Part shown: positions 8,026 through 16,496 of the stretch, in pieces
Numbering within the stretch: position 1 is the first letter of the stretch
How the letters are laid out: each line of letters starts with the position of its first letter
Translations under genes and position numbers: made by a program
Source of the DNA: a virus
Taxonomy: Duplodnaviria > Caudoviricetes
Direction: 5' to 3' (one strand)
Length of the DNA: 24,107 nucleotides
IMG/VR virus record: IMGVR_UViG_3300032318_000209
Coordinates: 1 to 24,107 of that record
The notes under the pieces: generated by a model
Told to the model about the DNA's origin: nothing
Seen by the model: the letters and a program-made list of their open reading frames with translations, nothing else
Databases searched by the model: none

Positions 8026-8894
8026 TTGATTTGCCTGTAATAGAAGTTGAAAGAGTCATTGGTAAAAAAGAAGCACGCGAATTTCGTGGGCAACTTGTGC
8101 CTGACATTGAAGCGAATGTTACAGAAGCAGGTATCTACATTGATTCGGAAACAAAAGAACCATTCCTTGTGTATATGCCTATGCCAGATGACATGGTTCC
8201 AGAGTTGCGTCACGCAGTACGCAATGTTAAATACTCATCATCAGGTGTTACACGCCAGCAATTAGGAATTGAAAACCATAGCCGTACATTCGGTATGGCA
8301 CCACGCAAGCCATTTCAAACACGCGAGGCTTGCCGTCCTACATCATTATCTTTTGAGCAGCCAGTAGAACATAGTGTTCTTGTTAAAACTGCTGACAGAC
8401 TCTCACAAATCATGCGCGAGATTGCGCCAGATGTTTATGCTAAAGACAAAGAAGAAACATCAGCAGTATCAGATGAATGGCGCATTAGCGAAGACTCATT
8501 GTGGACTAGCGGTGTTATCAACAAAACATCAACACTTCCGTACCACTATGACGGAAACAATTTTGATATGTGGTCTGCTATGCCTATTATCCGCAGAGGT
8601 ACACGCGGTGGCGCACTACATATCTATGAATACAACGCTGTATTAGATTGTCGCGATGGCTGGGTAGTGTTTTTTCCCGGTTACAGATTGTTACATGGCG
8701 TAACACCAATCAGCCATGTTGCTAAAGATGCTTACCGATACACAGTTGTTTATTACTGCCTACGCGGAATGAAAGACTGTTTCACTTACGCAGTTGAGCA
8801 AGCAGTAGCGCGAAAGAAAAGAACAGAGCGCGAAGTTGGTCTAGCATCTGCCGTGAAAGGCGATACGGAATTCAAGGTGGGCGCGAAGAAGTAA
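8022..8894 (+). CDS. TET/JBP-family 2-oxoglutarate/Fe(II) dioxygenase (putative DNA pyrimidine 5-methyl oxidase)
   Basis: WTSGVINK..LPYHYDGNN (HxD, H175/D177), GG.L beta strand, LLHGVTPI (H225) and RYTVVYY (R239, 2OG-binding) match the TET/JBP DSBH signature. Confidence 0.85.
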   Translation: MIDLPVIEVERVIGKKEAREFRGQLVPDIEANVTEAGIYIDSETKEPFLVYMPMPDDMVPELRHAVRNVKYSSSGVTRQQLGIENHSRTFGMAPRKPFQTREACRPTSLSFEQPVEHSVLVKTADRLSQIMREIAPDVYAKDKEETSAVSDEWRISEDSLWTSGVINKTSTLPYHYDGNNFDMWSAMPIIRRGTRGGALHIYEYNAVLDCRDGWVVFFPGYRLLHGVTPISHVAKDAYRYTVVYYCLRGMKDCFTYAVEQAVARKKRTEREVGLASAVKGDTEFKVGAKK

Positions 8895-9685
8895 TGGATT
8901 ATGTAGTTGTTGTTCCTTCGTACCGACGAGCAGAGATTTGCAAAAATCAAACACTCGCAGTACTAGAACGCCTCAAAGTTGATAAAGAGCGCATTCATGT
9001 GTTCGTTGCCAATGATGAAGAAGAAGCAACATATCGTTCCGTTTTAGGTAATGATTACAAGATAGTTGTTGGCGTAAGAGGCATCTCTGACCAGCGCAAG
9101 TTTTACCACAACTACTTCCCGAAAGACACACGCATTGTCAGCATTGATGATGACATGGCTGAGTTGTTAGAACTAGGGAACGCCGAATTAATTCCTACTC
9201 AATACACGCTAGATGAGATTGTTGCTATCGGCTACAGCAATGCCGAGAAGCATGGTGCGCGTATGTGGGGCATCAATCCCACAATGAATCATTTCTTTCT
9301 AAAGAATCACATATCAGTTGGTCTGCGTTACATCTGTGCTAACTTCATGGGCACATACGCACAAGATTGGATATTCTGCGACCCAGATAGGCGCATGACT
9401 CCGACAGGAGAAGACCATCACTCTACTCTTAGAGGCTTTACTCGCTACGGAGCCGTAGTGCGTCTAGAGTTTCTATGTCCGAAAACAAAATACTTCGCGT
9501 CAGGAGGCATTGACGCGTGTGTGACAGAGAATGGCGACACAAGAGCAGACCGACACGCATCTGAATTGCGTTGGGTTCAGGCTAGATATCCTGACCTATC
9601 ATCTATTCAGATTAAAGCAGGTGGCGTAGTCAATCTTCGCTTGAAGCCAATTACATTCTCCCGAACACCGCGCCAAACAACATAA
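8894..9685 (+). CDS. TET-associated GT-A fold glycosyltransferase (TAGT/GREB1/JGT-like)
   Basis: VVVPSYRRA strand-1 motif, IVSIDDD (D85-D87), GED (E173-D174) and late Y...GG motif. TAATG-coupled to the dioxygenase. Confidence 0.8.
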   Translation: MDYVVVVPSYRRAEICKNQTLAVLERLKVDKERIHVFVANDEEEATYRSVLGNDYKIVVGVRGISDQRKFYHNYFPKDTRIVSIDDDMAELLELGNAELIPTQYTLDEIVAIGYSNAEKHGARMWGINPTMNHFFLKNHISVGLRYICANFMGTYAQDWIFCDPDRRMTPTGEDHHSTLRGFTRYGAVVRLEFLCPKTKYFASGGIDACVTENGDTRADRHASELRWVQARYPDLSSIQIKAGGVVNLRLKPITFSRTPRQTT

Positions 9686-9750
9686 TGGAAGCAACTTTAT
9701 TCTTAATCTTTATCGGGATAGTCCTGTGGTTATTCTTGAGGGAAAACTAA
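9685..9750 (+). CDS. 21-aa single-transmembrane micropeptide (MEATLFLIFIGIVLWLFLREN)
   Basis: Not in the ORF track. TAATG overlaps at both ends, and there is an uninterrupted hydrophobic core. Confidence 0.6.
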   Translation: MEATLFLIFIGIVLWLFLREN

Positions 9751-10235
9751 TGGCTCGCCCAACAAAACTTACTAAAGAAATCACAGAACGCATCTGTCTT
9801 GCTATACGCGCAGGTAACTACGCTAAAATAGCAGCAGGAATGGCAGGAGTAAGCGAAACTACCTACTATCGCTGGCTTGAACTGAGCGAAGTACCGAACG
9901 CGAAGAAGGAGTATCGGGAGTTTCGGGAGTCAATCGAGCGTGCTGAAGCGGAAGCAGAAGTAGCAGCAGTAGCGCGTATCAAGCAAGCAGCAGATAACGG
10001 AACATGGCAAGCAGCCAGTTGGCTGTTGGAACGCAAGCATGGCGAACGATGGGGAAGAAACGATAAACTCCGACAGGAGATTACTGGTGCGAATGGTGCG
10101 CCAGTTGCACTATCTATAGAAGAAGCGAAGAAGGCGGTCTTAGCATTTCTAGATGAAGGCGTAGAAGAAGATGAGTTTATCAATACGGGAACAGGTACAG
10201 AAGAAGCCGAAGGCGGAACGCCAGAAGTGGATTGA
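9750..10235 (+). CDS. terS: Terminase small subunit
   Basis: MARPTKLT..., HTH AAGMAGVSETTYYRW, WQAASWLLER and EITGANGAPV tail. Overlaps the large subunit. Start at ATG 9750. Confidence 0.85.
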   Translation: MARPTKLTKEITERICLAIRAGNYAKIAAGMAGVSETTYYRWLELSEVPNAKKEYREFRESIERAEAEAEVAAVARIKQAADNGTWQAASWLLERKHGERWGRNDKLRQEITGANGAPVALSIEEAKKAVLAFLDEGVEEDEFINTGTGTEEAEGGTPEVD

Positions 10236-11595
10236 TTCACTACCAGAGCCAGTCGTCTTAGACTTAAAGCGCAGACCATGGTGGTACATCGGAAGACCAG
10301 AACAGCAAGAGCCAGATGGCGACTGGATGATTTGGTTAATTCTTTCAGGTCGTGGTTGGGGTAAGACAAGAACTGGTGGCGAGTGGCTCGTTAATCAGAT
10401 TATCAATACTCCTGCGACATCAGACGGAACTGCTACTCAATGGGCGATTATCGCGCCTCGCTTCGCAGATACTAAGAATGTCTGTGTTGAAGGTCCGTCA
10501 GGATTCCTCAAAGCATTAGAGCATAGAGGACTGGTCAATAACGAAGATTTCATTTATAACAAATCGTCATACAAGGTTCTGTTCAAGACTGGTCAAGTCG
10601 TGCATATGTTTGGTGCTGACTCGCCTGATGCTGGTCGTGGTCTAAACCTTTCAGGTGCGTGGCTAGATGAGTTAGCCATGTGGCCATATCCGTATGAAAC
10701 ATGGACAGAAGGTTTAGCACCAGCACTCCGTATTGGTTCACGCCCAAGAGTTGTAGTTACTACTACTCCTAAGCCAATCAAATTGCTCCGCGACTGGACG
10801 ACGCGAACTGATGGTTCTGTATATGTTACAAGAGGTTCAACTTTTGATAACAGCAAGAACCTTTCACAGACCGCGCTCGCGGAACTCAAAGCGCGATATG
10901 AAGGTACGCGCACAGGAAGGCAAGAGTTATACGGCGAACTACTTGACCAAGCCGAAGGTGCGTTATGGGTGCGCAATTGGATTGAAGACACTCGCATAAC
11001 ATCAGACAAACTACCGCCTCTGTACCGCATAGTAGTAGCGATTGACCCAGCAGTTACTAGCGGAGAAGACAGCGATTTAACAGGTATCGTTACTGCTGGT
11101 ATTGCGAACAATGGTCACTTCTATGTATTGGCAGATGACACGCTACGCGCTACGCCGAACGAGTGGGGTAAAGCAGCGATTGAAGCATTCCGTAAATGGA
11201 AGGCAGACAGAATCGTTGCTGAAACTAACAATGGTGGCGATATGGTTGTCATGGTGTTACAGCAGGTAGATAGAAACGCACCAGTAACCAAAGTTCATGC
11301 TACTCGCGGAAAGCGCATGAGAGCCGAACCGATATCAGCACTCTATGAACAGCAACGAGTTCACCATGTGGGAGCATTCCCAGAGTTAGAAGACCAAATG
11401 GTTATGTGGACTCCTGAATCAAATGATTCACCAGATAGATTAGATGCGCTAGTATGGGCATTGACAGAATTAAAAGATGGCGCAGTTGCATTGGGTAGCC
11501 TCGCTGCTATGTCTATCATCTGCGTTAAATGCCAGATGCCGAATACAAAGAGTTCAACGATTTGTCAGTATTGCAACGAGCCACTAGGAGAATAA
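10171..11595 (+). CDS. terL: Terminase large subunit
   Basis: Walker A GRGWGKT, Walker B AWLDE, coupling motif TTTP, and RNase H-like nuclease IDPA...ETNNGG...PDRLDA. Confidence 0.97.
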   Translation: MSLSIREQVQKKPKAERQKWIDSLPEPVVLDLKRRPWWYIGRPEQQEPDGDWMIWLILSGRGWGKTRTGGEWLVNQIINTPATSDGTATQWAIIAPRFADTKNVCVEGPSGFLKALEHRGLVNNEDFIYNKSSYKVLFKTGQVVHMFGADSPDAGRGLNLSGAWLDELAMWPYPYETWTEGLAPALRIGSRPRVVVTTTPKPIKLLRDWTTRTDGSVYVTRGSTFDNSKNLSQTALAELKARYEGTRTGRQELYGELLDQAEGALWVRNWIEDTRITSDKLPPLYRIVVAIDPAVTSGEDSDLTGIVTAGIANNGHFYVLADDTLRATPNEWGKAAIEAFRKWKADRIVAETNNGGDMVVMVLQQVDRNAPVTKVHATRGKRMRAEPISALYEQQRVHHVGAFPELEDQMVMWTPESNDSPDRLDALVWALTELKDGAVALGSLAAMSIICVKCQMPNTKSSTICQYCNEPLGE

Positions 11596-11946
11596 ATGGC
11601 AGTCACCTACAACACCACGATTGACCAAGGTGCTGACTGGTATATCAATTTCACTTATGAGAATCCAGCAGGAACTCCTGTCAATTTAACTGGCGCGACT
11701 GCTGCACTTCAAATTAGAACTTCGCCTCTTGCTAGAACTGCCGTACTTACATTAACATCAGCAGCAGGTGGTGGTATCACTATCACAGCAAATACTGGAT
11801 TGATTGCTTGTCGCGCAACAGCAGCACAAACCACAGCAATTACAAATGGTAGATATGCTTACGATTTAGAAATCACACAAACAGGTATTGTGACTAGATT
11901 AGTCCAAGGAACTATTGAGGTAAGCCCACAGGTGACAAGAACATGA
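11596..11946 (+). CDS. Putative virion beta-sandwich adaptor protein
   Basis: IDQGADW...PVNLTG..A.LQIR...YAYDLEI..G..TRLVQG...V.P.VT, a pattern common in phage fibre-attachment proteins. AGGAG RBS. Confidence 0.55.
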   Translation: MAVTYNTTIDQGADWYINFTYENPAGTPVNLTGATAALQIRTSPLARTAVLTLTSAAGGGITITANTGLIACRATAAQTTAITNGRYAYDLEITQTGIVTRLVQGTIEVSPQVTRT

Positions 11947-12260
11947 GCGATGAAGTAATCATTGTCCAACCAGTAATTCCTAACATCACAGTACAACCAG
12001 TAATCCCCAATGTAACTATTACTGCTCCCGGACCACAAGGTGCTCCCGGAACATTTGATACAGGAGATGTATTTTATGTTCACACACAAGCAGTAGCAGC
12101 AAGCGTATGGACTATCAATCACAATCTAGGTGCAGAACCAACAGCAGTTGTATTAGATTCAGCAGGTACTCAATGTGAAGGCACATTCAGTTATCCAAGC
12201 AAGAACCAAATGATAATCACCTTCACAGCAGCGTTTACCGGCACTGCTTATGTAATCTAG
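11943..12260 (+). CDS. Putative fibre-associated virion protein with short collagen-like segment
   Basis: VQPVIPN tandem duplication, GPQGAPG, then YVHTQ..AASVWTINHNLG..P...VLD..G domain. Confidence 0.6.
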   Translation: MSDEVIIVQPVIPNITVQPVIPNVTITAPGPQGAPGTFDTGDVFYVHTQAVAASVWTINHNLGAEPTAVVLDSAGTQCEGTFSYPSKNQMIITFTAAFTGTAYVI

Positions 12261-12268
12261 GAGAATAA

Positions 12269-13759
12269 ATGAGTCGCAAATTTCTAGTCAGTATTGACTT
12301 AAATAAAAACGAATTACAAAATGGCGTAATTCAGAACTTGGCTACTGCGCCATCTTCTCCTGTCGCTGGACAGATTTACTACAACACAGGCGACAATGAA
12401 CTTTACTTCTACAACGGAACTGCTTGGGAATCAACTCAGGCAGAATCAGAAGTTCTATACGGCACTCTTGCAGGAAGACCAGCAGCAGGAACAGCAGGTC
12501 GTCTGTACTACGCTACTGATAACTACCTACTTTACTTTGACGATGGCTCAACTTGGACACAGGTAAATAACTTCGGAACTGTTACAGCACAGACTACTTA
12601 TGGTGCTACATCAGGTAACGGAACATCAACTAACTTCGCTCGCGCAGACCATACTCACGGAACACCACCACTTACTAACACAACACCACAGGCATTACCT
12701 ATCGGTGCTAATGGTGCAGTTGGAACAGGTAGCGCACCAGCACGCGAAGACCATGTTCACGAAATGCCTGATTTCGGTAATGTCACTACTCAAACTTCTT
12801 TTGGTGCATCAAGCGCGAACGGAAGTTCTGTTGATTTAGCGCGAGCCGACCACACACACGGAACACCAGTTCACGATAACGCAGCGCACTCAACAATCAA
12901 TCTTTCAGCACTTGCTGTGCCTACAGCAGATGTGTCTTTCGCTAGTTACAAGATTACAAACCTCGCTACTCCAGTATCAGCAGCAGATGCAGCAACCAAG
13001 CAGTATGTTGATGATGTAGCGCAGGGATTGAACATTCATGCTGCTTCATTCGCAGCAACAACAGCGAACTTGAACGCTACTTACAACAATGGAACTTCGG
13101 GCGTAGGAGCAACTCTTACTAACGCTGGTACACAGGCAGCGTTCGCCACAGACGGCACAAGTCCTGCTTTGAATGCTCGTATTCTTGTTAAGAACCAAAC
13201 AACTACATCACAGAACGGTATCTATACCCTCACTACTGTAGGTACTGGTTCAACTAACTGGGTGCTTACTCGCGCAACAGACTTTGACTCAGCAGCAGAA
13301 ATCGCTGGTGGTGATTTCACATTCGTTGATGCAGGAACTACTCTTGCTAATACAGGCTGGGTAAATGTTGATGAAGTAACTACTGTTGGAACAGACCCAA
13401 TTGTATTCCAGCAATTCTCTGGTGCTGGTACTTATGTAGCAGGTGATGGATTATTACTAACAGGTAATTCATTCAGCGCGGTTGCTGGCTCAGGCATTAC
13501 TGTAAGTGGCTCTGGTATCGCTATTGATACATCAGTTGTTGTCCGCAAGTACGCAGCAAATGTAGGCGATGGCTCAGCAACTTCATACACAATTACGCAC
13601 AACTTGAACACCAAAGATGTTCAGGTTACTATCTATGATAATTCATCACCATACGCAGAAGTTATCTGCGATGTTCAGCACACAAGCACTTCTGCTGTTA
13701 CACTTCTATTCTCTATTGCACCGACTTCAAATCAATATCGTGTAGTAGTACAAGGCTAA
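12269..13759 (+). CDS. Fibre/whisker-like virion structural protein
   Basis: Thr/Ala/Gly-rich. It has P..GQIYYNT, three AR(A/E)DH(T/V)H repeats, DAATKQYVD, RILVKNQT..SQNGIY and a C-terminal ITHNLNTKDV.V.IYD domain, all typical of phage fibres. Confidence 0.75.
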   Translation: MSRKFLVSIDLNKNELQNGVIQNLATAPSSPVAGQIYYNTGDNELYFYNGTAWESTQAESEVLYGTLAGRPAAGTAGRLYYATDNYLLYFDDGSTWTQVNNFGTVTAQTTYGATSGNGTSTNFARADHTHGTPPLTNTTPQALPIGANGAVGTGSAPAREDHVHEMPDFGNVTTQTSFGASSANGSSVDLARADHTHGTPVHDNAAHSTINLSALAVPTADVSFASYKITNLATPVSAADAATKQYVDDVAQGLNIHAASFAATTANLNATYNNGTSGVGATLTNAGTQAAFATDGTSPALNARILVKNQTTTSQNGIYTLTTVGTGSTNWVLTRATDFDSAAEIAGGDFTFVDAGTTLANTGWVNVDEVTTVGTDPIVFQQFSGAGTYVAGDGLLLTGNSFSAVAGSGITVSGSGIAIDTSVVVRKYAANVGDGSATSYTITHNLNTKDVQVTIYDNSSPYAEVICDVQHTSTSAVTLLFSIAPTSNQYRVVVQG

Positions 13760-13772
13760 GGGGGCAAAGCCT

Positions 13773-15647
13773 GTGGGTCTATTTGATAGATTCGCTCAGC
13801 GAGTAGCAGCGGAGATTGTTAAAGCACCTAATCTTCCTGCTGGTTCAGTTACTATGACTGAAGCCGAAATGGTATCTCGCTCTGGAATCATGAACCAACA
13901 GTACGGACAATCAACTGCGCTTCCGCGTAATGCTGTATGGCCGACTGTTCCTTTCACTCCCGGTAATCCTCTAATTCCCGGAGCGATTAACCCAGTCCGT
14001 GAAGATGGACGCGCTGACCCTCGTAGATACGAGTATCAAGTTGCGCAGAACATCAACATCACGCCTACTAAACTCGTACCATTCCAGACACTTCGTCAGA
14101 CTGCTGACCAAGTAGATATCATTCGTCGTTGCTTAGAGGTAATCAAAAACAAGATTACATCTATGAACTGGGATATCGTTTTATCAGAAGACGCATCTGA
14201 AAAGATTTCTGCTGAGTCAGGCAAAGACCATGTACGCGCAATGGCTGATGCTCGTAGCAGATACACAGAAGATATCAATCGCCTTCGTAATTTCTGGGAG
14301 CAACCAGATAGAGCCAACGGGTATACATGGGCTGACTGGCTAAACATTTTCCTTGAAGATAATCTCGTTCTTGATGCTGTTGCTATATGGCCACAGAAAG
14401 CAGTCAATGGCGACCTCTATGGTTTCCAACTACTTGATGGTTCAACTATTAAGCCACTCATTGACGACAGAGGTATGCGTCCAATGGCACCGAACCCTGC
14501 GTTCCAGCAGATTCTGTTCGGTTTCCCTCGCTCTGAATTCATGGCAACGAATGACGCAGAAAATGCAGATGGTGAATTCACATCAGATGAACTTACTTAT
14601 CTTGTAAAGAATCGTCGTACTTGGTCTGTCTATGGATTCAGCCCAGTTGAACGCTCACTACCTTTGGCTGATATCTACCTACGCCGACAAGACTGGATTC
14701 GCAAAGAATACACAGATGGCGTAACACCTGAATTGATGATGAAGACCGATGCTAACTTCGGTAACAATCCAGACTTAATTCGTGCGTACGAAAACATTTA
14801 CAATGATGATTTAGCAGGACAGACCGCTCAGCGTATGCGTGTGCGTATTCTTCCTAGCGGATTTGACCCAGTTCAGCCAGAAGGTTATGGCGAGAAGTTC
14901 AAAGATGTACTTGATAACTATTTGATAACATCTATCTGTGGTCACTTCGGTGTGCTTCCATCTGAAATCGGTTTCAGCGGTTCAGGTTCACTAGGCGCAT
15001 CTGGATTACAACAGGGCGAAACTATGTCAGGTGAAGCCATTGGTATCACTCCATTGACACAATGGGTTAGCCGTCAATTGACAAATCTTTCTTATCTGTA
15101 TCTAGGTATGCCACGCGAACTTGAATTCAAGATTATGTTTGAAAGCAAGATTGACACAGAGGGCGAAGCACGCAAGACAGATATTGAATTGAAGAATGGT
15201 GCGCGTACAGTAAATGAAGCGCGAGCCGATATGGGTCTTCCGCTACTAGATACACCACAGGCTGATATGCCTATGCTTTATTCTTCAAGTGGTCTTTACT
15301 TCTTGTCGCCTGACGGAATCATTGATGCCTACGCTGCTTCAAATGCTTCCGCATTAGCAGGAGATGATGCTCACGCAATTGATGACCCGATTGGAGTTGG
15401 TGATGAACCCACTACTGAGACTGGAAAGCCAGAGGAAGAAGTGGTTACGGAATCACCGACGGAAGAAAGTGATAAGGCTACTGAAGAAGTTAAGAAATTC
15501 TTGAGGTGGCTTCGTAAAGGAAACATGAAGCGTAAGTTCAATTTTGAGGTTATTGAAAAAGACTACGCAGAAGTATTAAACAAGTATGTCGGAATCGGCG
15601 ACCTAGACTCTGCTCGTTGGTACGCTGAAAGGTACATAGGACTCTAG
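13773..15647 (+). CDS. Portal protein (HK97-like) with acidic C-terminal extension
   Basis: LDGSTIKP, YGFSPVE, ICGHFGVLPSEIG, ITPLTQWV and G.RTVNEARADMGLP motifs. GTG start after GGGGG RBS. Confidence 0.92.
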   Translation: MGLFDRFAQRVAAEIVKAPNLPAGSVTMTEAEMVSRSGIMNQQYGQSTALPRNAVWPTVPFTPGNPLIPGAINPVREDGRADPRRYEYQVAQNINITPTKLVPFQTLRQTADQVDIIRRCLEVIKNKITSMNWDIVLSEDASEKISAESGKDHVRAMADARSRYTEDINRLRNFWEQPDRANGYTWADWLNIFLEDNLVLDAVAIWPQKAVNGDLYGFQLLDGSTIKPLIDDRGMRPMAPNPAFQQILFGFPRSEFMATNDAENADGEFTSDELTYLVKNRRTWSVYGFSPVERSLPLADIYLRRQDWIRKEYTDGVTPELMMKTDANFGNNPDLIRAYENIYNDDLAGQTAQRMRVRILPSGFDPVQPEGYGEKFKDVLDNYLITSICGHFGVLPSEIGFSGSGSLGASGLQQGETMSGEAIGITPLTQWVSRQLTNLSYLYLGMPRELEFKIMFESKIDTEGEARKTDIELKNGARTVNEARADMGLPLLDTPQADMPMLYSSSGLYFLSPDGIIDAYAASNASALAGDDAHAIDDPIGVGDEPTTETGKPEEEVVTESPTEESDKATEEVKKFLRWLRKGNMKRKFNFEVIEKDYAEVLNKYVGIGDLDSARWYAERYIGL

Positions 15648-16495
15648 TGAAACCAAATCGCAAGCGACTGCACGCAGCATTGACGATTCGTCATGCGCGT
15701 TCAATCAAGCGCGGTATGGAAGAAGTCTTTTCAGTAGATGAAATACTAGACGACTGGTATTCCATGCGTGACCCGATTGACAACATTGACGAAAACAATC
15801 GTGCTGAAATATCCACCCAGTTAGCAAGAGACTGGGCGAAAGTTCATGTACAGAAACTTGATACGGAGCGACTCAACCTTGCGCTCGGCAGACTGTATGC
15901 AGATGGCTGGACTCTAGGAACAGATATATCTTCATACGAGATTGCTCGTGCTGTCGGGCTACGCAAGGCTGCTCCTAGCAGAAAAGATTTATCTAATGCA
16001 CTCAAAATGGATTGGCGAAACTGGCGTCCGGGAAATCGTGCTGCTGCTAATTTAGTGAGTCCACCAAATGGGCTTAGAAGGCTATTAGACAGTCGCGGAG
16101 CAAAGATACAGGAACTGTCCACGACCACCCTAAATAGAATCGGCACAGCACTCGCTGAGGGCTTAATGCAGGGTTCTACGAGACGAGCGATAGCAGACGA
16201 TTTAGCATATATCTTAGGTGATGATGCTAGAGCATTGATGATTGCTGGAACTGAAATGAGTTCAGCAGTTGTGCAAGCAAGCAGGGATTTATACGCAGAC
16301 TCAGGCGTTGAGCAGGTTCAATGGCTTGTTGCAGACCCATGTGATGAATGTCAGGAAAATCTAGACCAATCGCCAATTGGAATAGATGAAGAATGGATTA
16401 ATGGCGACCCACCAGTTCACCCGAACTGTATGTGCGACATAGCACCTTATGTCGTTGATACAGGATTGTGGGCTTGGCTAGATGAGGAAGAATAA
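15647..16495 (+). CDS. MuF/SPP1 gp7-like head morphogenesis protein
   Basis: RALMIAGTEM, VQWL..DPCDEC..N and PPVHPNCMC motifs. Directly follows the portal. Confidence 0.88.
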   Translation: MKPNRKRLHAALTIRHARSIKRGMEEVFSVDEILDDWYSMRDPIDNIDENNRAEISTQLARDWAKVHVQKLDTERLNLALGRLYADGWTLGTDISSYEIARAVGLRKAAPSRKDLSNALKMDWRNWRPGNRAAANLVSPPNGLRRLLDSRGAKIQELSTTTLNRIGTALAEGLMQGSTRRAIADDLAYILGDDARALMIAGTEMSSAVVQASRDLYADSGVEQVQWLVADPCDECQENLDQSPIGIDEEWINGDPPVHPNCMCDIAPYVVDTGLWAWLDEEE

Positions 16496-16496
16496 A

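Noticed and set aside
12269-13759. Fibre internal repeats as a diversity-generating retroelement TR/VR pair
   Set aside because: The repeats are in-frame protein repeats with differences not restricted to adenines, and no reverse transcriptase is in the window.
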